This document shows positions 26,015-35,427 of a stretch of 64,000 nucleotides of DNA, piece after piece. Position 1 is the first letter of the stretch. Each line of letters begins with the position of its first letter. The notes beneath the pieces are model-generated. The model was given only the letters and a program-made list of their open reading frames with translations. It made no database searches and was not told where the DNA came from. The position numbers and the translations under genes were made by a program. The stretch lies in assembly GCA_963713975.1 (NCBI GenBank), contig OY970218.1, positions 832,001 to 896,000 of the forward strand. The letters run 5' to 3'. Origin of the DNA: an uncultured Chloroflexia bacterium (lineage in GTDB: Bacteria; Chloroflexota; Limnocylindria; Limnocylindrales; CSP1-4).

Positions 26015-28666
26015 GTGAGCGGCGTTGCGCTGCCCGTCGGACATGCGCTTGTGCCCGATGCGCTCGTAGCAGCATGCAGTCGCGCCCGACGGTCCCGTGC
26101 GCTCGTGGACGAGCCGCGGACGGGTTCTCTCCTTGGCGTCGAGCACGAGTACCGGATCCTCGGCCCGGACGGCGACGCCGTCGACTTCCGCCACCTCCTG
26201 CCGGTGCTCCCGGTCGCGGGACGGGCGCTGGACCCGGCTGATCGATACGCCATTCGGCTGCCGTGGGGCGCCGTCCTGACTGCCGACGCCGCCGAGGCCG
26301 AGGTCGCGCTACCGCCGCTCGTGGTGCGACGTGGCACCGCGGGCCTGGCGACCTCCCTCGCCGCCCGGGCGCTCGCCGAGCTCGAAGACCTGCTGCCGGT
26401 GCGTCACACCGTGGACGGCTACTCGACCCACATCTCAATCGCGATGCCCACCGATGTCGCCGACGCTGCAGCCGAGCTCTACGTCCGCACCTTCGCGCCG
26501 GCACTGATGCTGTTGCTCGACGGCCGTGACGCGCCCGGACTCCTCGTCCGGCCGCGACCCGGGCGGCTGGAGCTGGGCGGCGACTTCCGGGTTGGCGCCG
26601 GACTGACGGCGGCGCTCGTCTTCGCGCTCGGCTCCGCGCTCGCGACGGCGCGGGCCGTTCGCGAGGCTCACCCGCGGGCACTGCCGCCGGTCGTCGAGGT
26701 CCGCGCGGAGCCGGCGGTGGAGCGCTACGGCTGGTACGTGGACCGCACAGCGTTCGCTGCAGATCTGTACTCGGGCGGCCGGACGACGCCACTGCGGCTC
26801 CGGCGCGGCGGAACGATAGCGGCCGGGGTGCTGCTGGCACAGGCGTGGGCCGTCGCCCGTCGTGAGCTCCGAGGGCGTGCCACCCGCGCGGAGCTCCGGC
26901 TCGTCGACGAGCTCGTGACCGGGCACCGCCCGCTGCCCACGGAGCTCGCTGCGGGCGTCGCTGGAGACCGCAACCCGCGGGCCGTGGCACAGACCGTCGT
27001 CGCCCGCTCGTTCCGGGCACCCGAGGGCCACCTGCTAGATGACATCATCCGGCCCGGGTTCACCCTGCGAGCGACGCTCGCGACCTGGGAGCTGGCGATC
27101 TTCGAGGTCACCGGCGCGCGGCGGGCGATCGTCGCCGTGCCTCGCCGGGAGCTCGGCGCCTTCCTCACCTGGGCCTCTACCGGCATGCTCGACGGTCCGC
27201 TTGCGCGCTTCCTGGCACATCCGAGCCGCGGCGACGTCCTGTGCAGCCGCACCGACGCGCTGGCCGGGACCCGCGCGTGGGATGGGATCGGAGACCCGCG
27301 GGCCCTGATCGCCGACGAGCCCGATGGCACGGGACGGGGATCCGGCACGGACGGCGCGACCGAGGTCGGGCGCGTGCTGGTCGGCGGCGTGCGTGTCGCC
27401 ACGGCCGCCGGCCGCCTCGCCGGGATCGATCTCGACGGCCCGGACCTGCCGGGTGACCGTCCCGGCAAGCGGAGCCGTCGGCTTGACCAGCGACGGGACG
27501 ACCGCGCCGACCAGCACCACGATGCGTCGCCACGCCCGAAGCCCCGACAGGAGGCAGCGCGATCAGTGACCGCGGCAGCCTCGAAGGCCGGGGTGCCGTT
27601 CGCCCCGATCGCCGCCGGGATCGTGGCGGTGGTGGGCATCGTTGCCGTCCTGGTCGTCTCAAACGTGCTTGGCGGGGGGATGCCATCGTCGCCCGAGCCC
27701 TCGCTCGTGGCCGCGGCCGCGGGCGGACCATCGGCCAGCCCGGATGCCTCCGCGATCGCAGTCCCGGCCGCGTCGGTGAGCCCGACGCCGCCGCCGCTTG
27801 GCCTGGCACGCGTCGTGGGTACCTACAACAACGGCGCCGACGACTCGTACCTGATCACCGTGGCGCCCGCCTGTGCCGAGGGCGCCTGTGACGGGACGGC
27901 CCAGGTGATGTCACTTCCCTTCGAGGCAGACGGCCCGCGAGCGTCCGTTGCGTTCCCGTTCGTCGACGCGGCCGGCATCTACTCGGGCGAAGGGACAGGC
28001 CCGGTTCCCGTCTGCCGCACGGCCGACGGCGCGGTGCTGACCGCTTCGCCCACCTACCGCCTCGATGGGTTCCGCCCGACCGCACAGGCCCTGGTGGACG
28101 GACAGTGGATCGCTACCGCGATCGCCGGCACGATCACGGTCGGCCCCGTGTCGACGGCGGTGGCCGGGACCACCTGCTCGTCAAGCGGCTCCTCTCAGGC
28201 CGTGGCGCTCGGCTGGCAGGACCCCGCCGTGACGCCGACACCGATCCCCACCGAGCCGCCGCTGGACCAGGCGCGCTTCGACGGCGACTACTCCCCGAAG
28301 GGCTTCCCTGACACCTTCCGCGTCGCGGCGTCATGCACCGAGGGCCCGTGCCCGGTGAACCTCACCATGCAGTACTGGATGGAGACGTCGGCAAAGCGCA
28401 TGAACACGCTCGAGCTTGCCAACGATGGCACCGGCTGGACCGGCTCGAGCACGTTCAAGGACCTCCGCTGCTCCAATGGCGCCCATGCCAACGTGACCGT
28501 CGACCTGCGTGACCTCCGGACGACCAGGCAGGAGCTGATCGACGGCGTGTGGACCGCGACTCGCCTCGAGGGCGCGTTCGTGCGCAAGAAGTTCAAGCAG
28601 TTCTCCGGGCCGGGCTGCACCGGCGAGACCCAGTCCAGCAAACTGACCCTCAACCGGAACCCCTGA
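26015..28666 (+). CDS. single-pass membrane protein: PafA/Dop/GCS2-like carboxylate-amine ligase domain + TM + duplicated Cys-containing extracellular domain
   Basis: LLGVEHEY, LPWGAVLTADAAEAEVALPP, GYSTHISI, RPRPGRLELGGD, LRLRRGGTIAA; TM at about 27608-27670; two CxEGxC repeats. Start may be GTG 26105. Confidence 0.7.
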   Translation: MSGVALPVGHALVPDALVAACSRARRSRALVDEPRTGSLLGVEHEYRILGPDGDAVDFRHLLPVLPVAGRALDPADRYAIRLPWGAVLTADAAEAEVALPPLVVRRGTAGLATSLAARALAELEDLLPVRHTVDGYSTHISIAMPTDVADAAAELYVRTFAPALMLLLDGRDAPGLLVRPRPGRLELGGDFRVGAGLTAALVFALGSALATARAVREAHPRALPPVVEVRAEPAVERYGWYVDRTAFAADLYSGGRTTPLRLRRGGTIAAGVLLAQAWAVARRELRGRATRAELRLVDELVTGHRPLPTELAAGVAGDRNPRAVAQTVVARSFRAPEGHLLDDIIRPGFTLRATLATWELAIFEVTGARRAIVAVPRRELGAFLTWASTGMLDGPLARFLAHPSRGDVLCSRTDALAGTRAWDGIGDPRALIADEPDGTGRGSGTDGATEVGRVLVGGVRVATAAGRLAGIDLDGPDLPGDRPGKRSRRLDQRRDDRADQHHDASPRPKPRQEAARSVTAAASKAGVPFAPIAAGIVAVVGIVAVLVVSNVLGGGMPSSPEPSLVAAAAGGPSASPDASAIAVPAASVSPTPPPLGLARVVGTYNNGADDSYLITVAPACAEGACDGTAQVMSLPFEADGPRASVAFPFVDAAGIYSGEGTGPVPVCRTADGAVLTASPTYRLDGFRPTAQALVDGQWIATAIAGTITVGPVSTAVAGTTCSSSGSSQAVALGWQDPAVTPTPIPTEPPLDQARFDGDYSPKGFPDTFRVAASCTEGPCPVNLTMQYWMETSAKRMNTLELANDGTGWTGSSTFKDLRCSNGAHANVTVDLRDLRTTRQELIDGVWTATRLEGAFVRKKFKQFSGPGCTGETQSSKLTLNRNP

Positions 28667-28745
28667 CAAGGCACCGGGCGCCTGACGCTCGGCGCGGACC
28701 GATGCAACAACAACACTGGAAGGGGAGGCAGCCATAGGCGCCGAG

Positions 28746-30452
28746 ATGCGGGACGCTCCGAGAGGGCTGCTTCCGATCGCCCGTTGGCTGCCGCGGTACG
28801 ACCGGCGGTGGCTTCGCGCGGACATCATCGCCGGGATCGCCGTCGTCGCGATGATCGTGCCCAAGGACCTCGGCTATGCCGAGATCGCCGGCGTGCCGGT
28901 CCAGAACGGGCTGTATGCGGCGGCCGCGGGCGCGATCATCTACGCGCTGTTCTGCACGTCGCGCCACATCTCGACCGGGCCGAGCTCGTCCCTCGCGACC
29001 GTCGCCGGCGGTGCGGTGATCGTGACCGGCATCACCGGTGACGATGCGGCGCAGCTCGTGGCGGCCATCACGCTCGTGACCGGCGTGCTGTTCCTGGCGC
29101 TCGCCTTGCTCCGGATGGGATGGATCGCCCAGTTCCTCTCGAAGGCCGTGGTCACCGGGTTCCTGGCGGGGGCCGCGATCGACGTCGTGGTCGGTGAGCT
29201 GCCGAAGCTGACGGGAACGTCCGGGGAAGGTGACAACGTGTGGCGTGAGTTCGCGTCATGGATCGGTGGCCTCGGCGAGACCAACCTGACGACGCTGGCC
29301 GTCGGTGTCGTCGCGCTTGCCGCAGTCCTCGCCCTCCGATTCCGGGCGCCCAAGGCCCCGGGAGCGCTCGTCCTCGTGATCGGGGGGCTGCTCGTGTCGT
29401 ACCTGTTCGATCTGGGCGCGCGCGGCGTTGCGCTCGTGGGCCCGGTACCGAGTGGGCTGCCGATCCCACAGCTGCCGAGCCCGGAGCTTGCCCTGCAGCA
29501 CGTCCCCGAGATCCTCATCGCGGCGGTGGCCCTGCTCCTGATCGGGTTCTCGCAGACCGCCGGTGATGCCCGGTCGTTCGCAACCCGGCACCGGTACCGG
29601 ATCGACGTGAACCAGGAGGCCGTGGCCCAGGGGATGGCGAACGTCGGCGCCGGGTTCCTCCAGGGGATGCCGGTGTCGACCAGCCTGTCGGCGAGCTCGC
29701 TCAACGAGTCGGCCGGTGCGCGGACACCCGTGGCCTCGCTCACCACGGGCGTGCTCGTGATCCTGACGCTGATCCTGCTGGCGCCGGTCTTCTCGCAACT
29801 GCCAAAGGCCGTCCTCGGGGCGATCATCATCGATGCCGTCGTGTTCGGGATGATCGACGTGCCCGAGTTCGCCCGCCTGCGCCGCGTGTCGCGGTTCGAC
29901 TTCTGGGTCGCCCTGGCGGCCGTCGTTGGCGTGCTCTCCTCGGGCGTCCTGTTCGGGATCGTCATCGGGATCGTGCTTTCACTCGGCTGGCTCGTCTACG
30001 TGTCCACGAGGCCCGCGATGCCGCTCCTGGGGCGGGAGCCCGGGACGCAGGTGTTCCGCGACATCGCCCTCAACCCCGCCGACGAGACATTCCCCGGGAT
30101 CGAGGTGATCCGCCTTGACGGCGGCCTGTTCTTCGCCACGGCTGAGGCGTTCGATGACCGCATCCGAGGACTCATGGCGGGTGATCAGCGGCTCACCGCC
30201 CTCGTGCTCGATCTCGAGGGCGTGGGGTTCATGGACTCCCAGGGCGCGTCGAAGGTCACGGAGATCCGCGACTTCACGGAAGCGGAGGGCGTCACCCTGC
30301 GGCTGGCCCGGGTGAAGCCGCACGTGCGTGACGTGCTCAGGGCCCAGGGCGTCCTCGACCGGATCGGTGACGACCATGTCCACGGCAATGTCCATCGGGC
30401 GGTCGAAGCCCAGATTGCCCAACGCGCCGATGACGAGGCCACGACGACCTGA
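28746..30452 (+). CDS. SulP family inorganic anion transporter with STAS domain
   Basis: LRADIIAGIAV, GYAEIAGVPVQNGLY, IDVNQEAVAQGMAN, C-terminal STAS IRLDGGLFFA...FMDSQGA. Confidence 0.95.
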   Translation: MRDAPRGLLPIARWLPRYDRRWLRADIIAGIAVVAMIVPKDLGYAEIAGVPVQNGLYAAAAGAIIYALFCTSRHISTGPSSSLATVAGGAVIVTGITGDDAAQLVAAITLVTGVLFLALALLRMGWIAQFLSKAVVTGFLAGAAIDVVVGELPKLTGTSGEGDNVWREFASWIGGLGETNLTTLAVGVVALAAVLALRFRAPKAPGALVLVIGGLLVSYLFDLGARGVALVGPVPSGLPIPQLPSPELALQHVPEILIAAVALLLIGFSQTAGDARSFATRHRYRIDVNQEAVAQGMANVGAGFLQGMPVSTSLSASSLNESAGARTPVASLTTGVLVILTLILLAPVFSQLPKAVLGAIIIDAVVFGMIDVPEFARLRRVSRFDFWVALAAVVGVLSSGVLFGIVIGIVLSLGWLVYVSTRPAMPLLGREPGTQVFRDIALNPADETFPGIEVIRLDGGLFFATAEAFDDRIRGLMAGDQRLTALVLDLEGVGFMDSQGASKVTEIRDFTEAEGVTLRLARVKPHVRDVLRAQGVLDRIGDDHVHGNVHRAVEAQIAQRADDEATTT

Positions 30453-30518
30453 GCCATACCGGAACAGCTTCGCCATCGCGTGCTTCGAACTGCTCCGCAT
30501 CGAATATGCTCCGCCGCC

Positions 30519-31166
30519 ATGGGCGACCTGCAGATCCTCCCCGCGACCACGGAACGCTGGCCGGACATCGAGCTGCTCCTGGGCGGCGATGGCGACCGGG
30601 GCTGCTGGTGCCAGGCTTGGCGCGGCCCGGTGACGGCGTTCGGCCTACCCAAGGGCGAGTCGTCCCGCGAGGCGCTGCGGCTCCAGCTCTCGTTCGACGT
30701 CCCACCCGGGTTCATCGCCTACCTGGACGATGAGCCCGTCGGATGGTGCGGGGTGGGCATCCGCACGGAGACGCCGCGCCTCCGGCATTCGCGCACGATC
30801 CCCGCCATCGACGGTCGTCCGGTCTGGTGCATCGGCTGCTTCAGGATCCGGGTCGGCTACCGGCGGAAGGGCGTGGCGAGCGCGCTGCTGGCCGGCGTGA
30901 TCGACGCCGCACGCGACGCCGGGGCGCCCGGGTTGGAGGCCTACCCCATCGATCCGGGCGGTCGGCGGGTGGACGTGAGCCTTGGCTTCGTGGGGATCGC
31001 ATCGATGTTCGACCGGGCGGGCTTCCGTCGCGTCGTCCAGACCGACGCCCACTCGGCCGGCCTGCCACGGATCCTCGTCCGCCTGGACATCGACGACCCG
31101 GCACCCTCAACCGGCGGACCGCGGGCGGGCGCCCCTAGCCTTGCTCTGCCCGACCCGAGGTCTTGA
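30519..31166 (+). CDS. GNAT family N-acetyltransferase
   Basis: GCWCQAWR, EPVGWC, WCIGCFRIRVGYRRKGVASALL, LEAYP, FVGIASMFDRAGF. Confidence 0.9.
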   Translation: MGDLQILPATTERWPDIELLLGGDGDRGCWCQAWRGPVTAFGLPKGESSREALRLQLSFDVPPGFIAYLDDEPVGWCGVGIRTETPRLRHSRTIPAIDGRPVWCIGCFRIRVGYRRKGVASALLAGVIDAARDAGAPGLEAYPIDPGGRRVDVSLGFVGIASMFDRAGFRRVVQTDAHSAGLPRILVRLDIDDPAPSTGGPRAGAPSLALPDPRS

Positions 31167-31342
31167 GCCCGGAGGGAAGCCGGCGGGTGATCCCACCTCC
31201 ACCGTGTCGTGCCGCTCCGGCGCCCGAACCGTCGGGTAGGCGGCGTGTCCCGTTTCGGTGAATCGTCCGGATACCCGGCGCCCGGCGAGCCGTCATGCCG
31301 CTCCCGACCCGGATGTGCTTCGAGCTTGCCATCTCGCGCGCC

Positions 31343-32137
31343 TCAGTCGAGCACGAACCAGGACACGACGGCCGACGAGGTCAGCGTGGTGTTCAGGTAG
31401 ATCGTGAACTTCCCCGCGGCCGGGACGACGGCCCGGACCCAGCGGCCCGACTCGCTCGTGGCAAGCACAGCGAAGACCTTGCTGGACGTGGTCACGCCGG
31501 CCAGCGCCTTGGTGTAGCTCGACTTGCCCTTGGCCATGCTCTGGCGACCGGACCGGCTGAACTGGACCTTGCCGGTGACCTTCAACGCCAGCTGGGAGTT
31601 CGTCGGAGCCCAGGCCCATACGCCCACGCTCCCCGCGTTGCTGTTGGCGTCACCCTCGACGCCGACGTACCCGTAGCCGATGACGCCGCTGCCACCACTG
31701 CCAAGGACGCCGACGTCGGGACTATCACCCCAGACGCCGGTCGCCGACAGGTTCGGATCTGGGTGGGCTGGAGCCGACCCGAAGACGCCCGTATGGCCTG
31801 TGTGCTCGGGGAGGAACCAGCTTGCATCCGGGGGGCTGACGCTCCAGCCCACCACGCCGCCGCCTCCGGCGCCAGTCCCGAGAACTCCATAGCCGAAACC
31901 CGTCCCGGTGGCCGCGCCGGCGAGGGCCGTACTGTCGGCCCCGGAGTCGGTGACGGAGGTGGTTGCAGTCGTCAGGTTGTCCGTGCCCTTGACGACGTCG
32001 TTGGGGTCTGCGGCAACCGCGGTCAATGGCAGCGCCGCCGCTGCCACGAGGGCCGCGGCCGACCCGGCGGCGGCCGTGAGCAACGCGCGTCTCGTGCCCG
32101 CCATGGATCCGTCCCGATGAGCCTTCTGATCCGCCAT
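31343..32137 (-). CDS. Tat-signal secreted Gly-rich repeat protein (fibre/adhesin-like)
   Basis: GGGAGG RBS; TRRALLTAAAGSAAALVAAAA...AVAA twin-Arg signal; repeated GVxG units; beta-rich C-terminal domain. Confidence 0.8.
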   Translation of the reverse strand: MADQKAHRDGSMAGTRRALLTAAAGSAAALVAAAALPLTAVAADPNDVVKGTDNLTTATTSVTDSGADSTALAGAATGTGFGYGVLGTGAGGGGVVGWSVSPPDASWFLPEHTGHTGVFGSAPAHPDPNLSATGVWGDSPDVGVLGSGGSGVIGYGYVGVEGDANSNAGSVGVWAWAPTNSQLALKVTGKVQFSRSGRQSMAKGKSSYTKALAGVTTSSKVFAVLATSESGRWVRAVVPAAGKFTIYLNTTLTSSAVVSWFVLD

Positions 32138-32301
32138 GTCTGCCTCCCGGTGCCGGCAATACCGCCGTATCGCGCAAAGAGTAGCGCGGTGCGCCTCCGC
32201 CGCCACGGCCTGCCAACACGTCGCGGGAGGCGTCGCCGACCCCCGTGCGGGGCCCACCGCGGATCGGCAGCATCTGCACCGCGGGCATCGGATACTGGCG
32301 C

Positions 32302-33414
32302 ATGCCCTCCCCTGCATTCACGACCGATCGCAGACGCTTGGCCTCGATGCGCCTGGCCGCCCAGGGCATCCGTGGGGAGCGACACCGGTCGCCGGGCGGC
32401 GTCGTCCGTTCGATGCTGGCGATCCAGGGGCAGGACTTCCAAAGTGCTCGGTGGTCCATCGGCCTCCGCAGTCGCGTGACCGATCGCGAGGTGGGGGCGG
32501 CCTTCGACGCGGGTGACATCGTCAGGTCCTGGCCGATGCGGGGCACGCTGCACGTCGTCGCCGCCGAGGACATCGGCTGGATGCTGGAGCTGATGGCATC
32601 CCGCGTGGCCGCCGCCGCTGCCACCCGGCGGGCGCAGCTCGGGATCACCGAGGACGACCTCCGGCTGGCCCATGACGCCGCCGTCGCGGCGCTCGATGGC
32701 AGTCGCGCCCTCACCCGTGAGGCCCTGCTGTCGGCGCTCGCCGCGAGCGGCATCGTCATCGACGGCCAGCGCGGGTACCACTTCCTGGGGTACCTGGCCC
32801 AGACCGGTGTGATCGTGCTGGGACCGGTCACCGGCAGGCAGCAGGCGTTCGTGCTCCTCGGCGAGTGGGTGCGCTCGCCGAGGCAGCTGGACCGCGACGA
32901 GGCGCTGGGGGAGCTTGCCTACCGCTACTTCCGGAGCCATGGGCCCGCCACGGACCGCGACCTGGCGCGCTGGTCTGGCCTGCCGCTGGGCGACGTGCGG
33001 CGTGGGCTGGCCGTCCACGGTGGTGGGCTCTCGCGCCTGGAGGTCGGCGGGACGACATACCACCTCGCGCCCGAGATCCTGGAGGGGGGGCCTGCCAATT
33101 CGCCCGTGTTGCCGCGACAGGACGTTCGCCTCCTGCCGGGGTTCGACGAGTACCTCCTGGGCTACGGGGACCGGACCGCCGCCCTCGCGCCGGAGCACGC
33201 CCAGGCCGTGGTCCCCGGCAACAACGGGATGTTCCTGCCGACGATCGTCATCGACGGAGCGGTCGTGGGCACCTGGAAGCGGACCACGAGGGCCCGCGAG
33301 GTGGTCATCGACCTGTCGCCGTTCGCCCCGCTCCCCGACACCGCCCGTGCAGGCCTCACGGCTGCCGCTCGGGCGTACGGGGAGTTCCTGGGCACCCCTG
33401 CCCGGATCGGGTGA
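32302..33414 (+). CDS. winged-helix HTH_42 DNA glycosylase, AlkZ-like
   Basis: AIQGQD (QxQ motif), RSWPMRGTLH, YFRSHGPATDRDLARWSGL, LLPGFDEYLLGY. Confidence 0.9.
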   Translation: MPSPAFTTDRRRLASMRLAAQGIRGERHRSPGGVVRSMLAIQGQDFQSARWSIGLRSRVTDREVGAAFDAGDIVRSWPMRGTLHVVAAEDIGWMLELMASRVAAAAATRRAQLGITEDDLRLAHDAAVAALDGSRALTREALLSALAASGIVIDGQRGYHFLGYLAQTGVIVLGPVTGRQQAFVLLGEWVRSPRQLDRDEALGELAYRYFRSHGPATDRDLARWSGLPLGDVRRGLAVHGGGLSRLEVGGTTYHLAPEILEGGPANSPVLPRQDVRLLPGFDEYLLGYGDRTAALAPEHAQAVVPGNNGMFLPTIVIDGAVVGTWKRTTRAREVVIDLSPFAPLPDTARAGLTAAARAYGEFLGTPARIG

Positions 33415-33468
33415 TCGGGCCCTACGACGCCGAACCAGGCCCGGGATCGCCGAACCGGGCCCGCGACG

Positions 33469-33990
33469 CTACCTGTGCGGGTGCGACATCTGGTCGATGA
33501 CGATCGTGACCGCCAGCACGATGGCATCGTCCTGACCCGGGGCGACCTGGACGCCGTACGTGTCCCGGACGCGGAACCACTTCTTGCCGATCTCGGCGAT
33601 CTTGGCGTCGTCGGCCTTGATCTCGTACTTGTGGTCCACGATGTTGCCGTGGGTGGACCACGTGCCGCCGGCTTCGAAGTCGACGTCGTAGCGCTCGTGC
33701 AGCGGCGTGAACAGCGCCTTCTTGACGGTGGCGACCTTCCCCGCCGGCCCGTCGATCGTCATGACGTCCCGGACGGTGGCCAGCTTCTCCTTGATCGTGA
33801 AGAGCGTGCGCCCGGCGCCATCCTGGAGCTCAAGCGTCTTGCGGATCCGCAGCGCCTTGCCATCCACCTTGAACACTCGCTGGCCGGCGCCGTTCTCGAT
33901 CCAGAAGTCGTCACCGATCGAGAACATGCGCTGGTGCATCTGGTAGGTGCTGGGACCCGCTCCGTGGCCCTCGTCGCGATGTCCGAACAT
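33469..33990 (-). CDS. LURP-one-related / Tubby-C-like protein
   Basis: YQMHQRMFSIGDDFWIEN...FKVDGKALRIR...KKWFRVRDTYGV...LAVTIVID. Confidence 0.9.
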   Translation of the reverse strand: MFGHRDEGHGAGPSTYQMHQRMFSIGDDFWIENGAGQRVFKVDGKALRIRKTLELQDGAGRTLFTIKEKLATVRDVMTIDGPAGKVATVKKALFTPLHERYDVDFEAGGTWSTHGNIVDHKYEIKADDAKIAEIGKKWFRVRDTYGVQVAPGQDDAIVLAVTIVIDQMSHPHR

Positions 33991-34045
33991 GCCGTTCCTC
34001 CGATGGCCGCGGCGGGGGCAATGGCCCGCGCCGGTCAGCTGGATC

Positions 34046-34693
34046 CTATTGCGCCGCGAGAATCGTCCGCAGCAGCGGGGTCATGCGCCTCGCCGCCCGC
34101 GAGCGGTGCGAGACCGCGTGCTTCTCGGCGGCGGACCACTGGCCCAGCGTGCGCCCGCCGGGCGGCTCCCCGGGAGGCTCGAACAGCGGGTCGTACCCGA
34201 AGCCGCCGTCGCCGCGGAGCCCGGTGGCGATCCGGCCGCGACAGGTCCCCCTTCGGGTCACGATCCGCAGCGCCCCCCGCGGTCCCCGCTCCTCCGGCAG
34301 CGCCACGGCCAGGACGCAGACGTAGCGGGCCCCCCGTCTCGCGGCCGGCAGGCCATCCAGCTCGCGGAGCAGCAGCTCGTTGTTGGACGCGTCGGTGGCG
34401 TCCAGCCCCGAATAGCGCCGTGTCCGCACGCCGGGCCCACCGCCCAGCGCATCGACCTCGAGGCCGGAGTCGTCGGCCAGCGTCGGCAGGCCGGAGCGCG
34501 CCGCGTAGAAGCGGGCCTTGATCCGCGCGTTGGTCTCGAAGGTCTCGCCGGTCTCCTCCGGCTCGTCCGGGATGCCCACGTCGTCCGGCGAGAGCAGCTC
34601 TACGTCCGAGGGCAGCGCCAGCAGCTCGCGGAGCTCGCGCAGCTTGTGGCGCGATCTCGTGGCGACCAGGAGGCGCCGGGGTGCGTCCCCCAC
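34046..34693 (-). CDS. rdgB: non-canonical purine NTP pyrophosphatase (RdgB/HAM1)
   Basis: VATRSRHKLRE, EETGETFETNARIKA, ADDSGLEVDALGGGPGV, GFGYDPLF, KHAVSHR. Confidence 0.95.
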   Translation of the reverse strand: MGDAPRRLLVATRSRHKLRELRELLALPSDVELLSPDDVGIPDEPEETGETFETNARIKARFYAARSGLPTLADDSGLEVDALGGGPGVRTRRYSGLDATDASNNELLLRELDGLPAARRGARYVCVLAVALPEERGPRGALRIVTRRGTCRGRIATGLRGDGGFGYDPLFEPPGEPPGGRTLGQWSAAEKHAVSHRSRAARRMTPLLRTILAAQ

Positions 34694-35427
34694 TAGCGCC
34701 GGACCGTGGAGATCGCCTGGGTCTGCGCCTCGAACAGCCGGCCCAGGCCCACGTTGGCGAGGTCGAGCAGCTGGTCCAGCGACGCCCGATCGAAGGGCTT
34801 GCCCTCGGCCGTGCCCTGGAGCTCGACGTACGCGCCCGCATCCGTGCCCACGACGTTGAAGTCCACCTCGGCGCGGGAGTCCTCGGGGTAGTCCAGGTCC
34901 AGGAGGTGCACCCCGTCGATGATGCCCACGCTGACCGCGGCGACGTGCCCCGTGAGGTGGCGCTCCATGCCGTAGGTGATCAGCGCGGCAGCAAGCGCCA
35001 CGTACCCGCCGGTGATCGAGGCCGTCCGGGTGCCGCCGTCCGCGACGATGACGTCGCAGTCCACGGTGACCGTGCGCTCGCCGAGGCGCGAGAGGTCCAC
35101 GACGCCCCGCAGGGAGCGGCCCACCAGGCGCTGGATCTCGTGGGTCCGGCCGCCGATCTTCCCCTTGGCCGACTCACGCTCGGAGCGCTCCGCGGTGGCC
35201 CGGGGAAGCATCTCGTAGGTGCCGGTGACCCAGCCCGTGCCCTTGCCACGCAGGTGCGGTGGGACGCGATCCTCGATGGTGGCCGCGCACAGGACCTGCG
35301 TGTCGCCGAAGCGGATCATGCACGAGCCCTCGGCCCACTTCTGGACCCCGAGCGTGATCTCGATGGGCCGGATGTCGTTGGGCCCGCGTCCATCTGCACG
35401 GACGTGTGGGCGGTTGCCGATGCTCAT
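34693..35427 (-). CDS. rph: ribonuclease PH
   Basis: [61 protein letters not shown]; adjacent to rdgB. Confidence 0.97.
   Translation of the reverse strand: MSIGNRPHVRADGRGPNDIRPIEITLGVQKWAEGSCMIRFGDTQVLCAATIEDRVPPHLRGKGTGWVTGTYEMLPRATAERSERESAKGKIGGRTHEIQRLVGRSLRGVVDLSRLGERTVTVDCDVIVADGGTRTASITGGYVALAAALITYGMERHLTGHVAAVSVGIIDGVHLLDLDYPEDSRAEVDFNVVGTDAGAYVELQGTAEGKPFDRASLDQLLDLANVGLGRLFEAQTQAISTVRR

Noticed and set aside
31200-31310. Fourth copy of the 128-bp element (contains AACCGTCGGGT and TGCCGCT)
   Set aside because: Only short matches; spacing and inner arms are not conserved.
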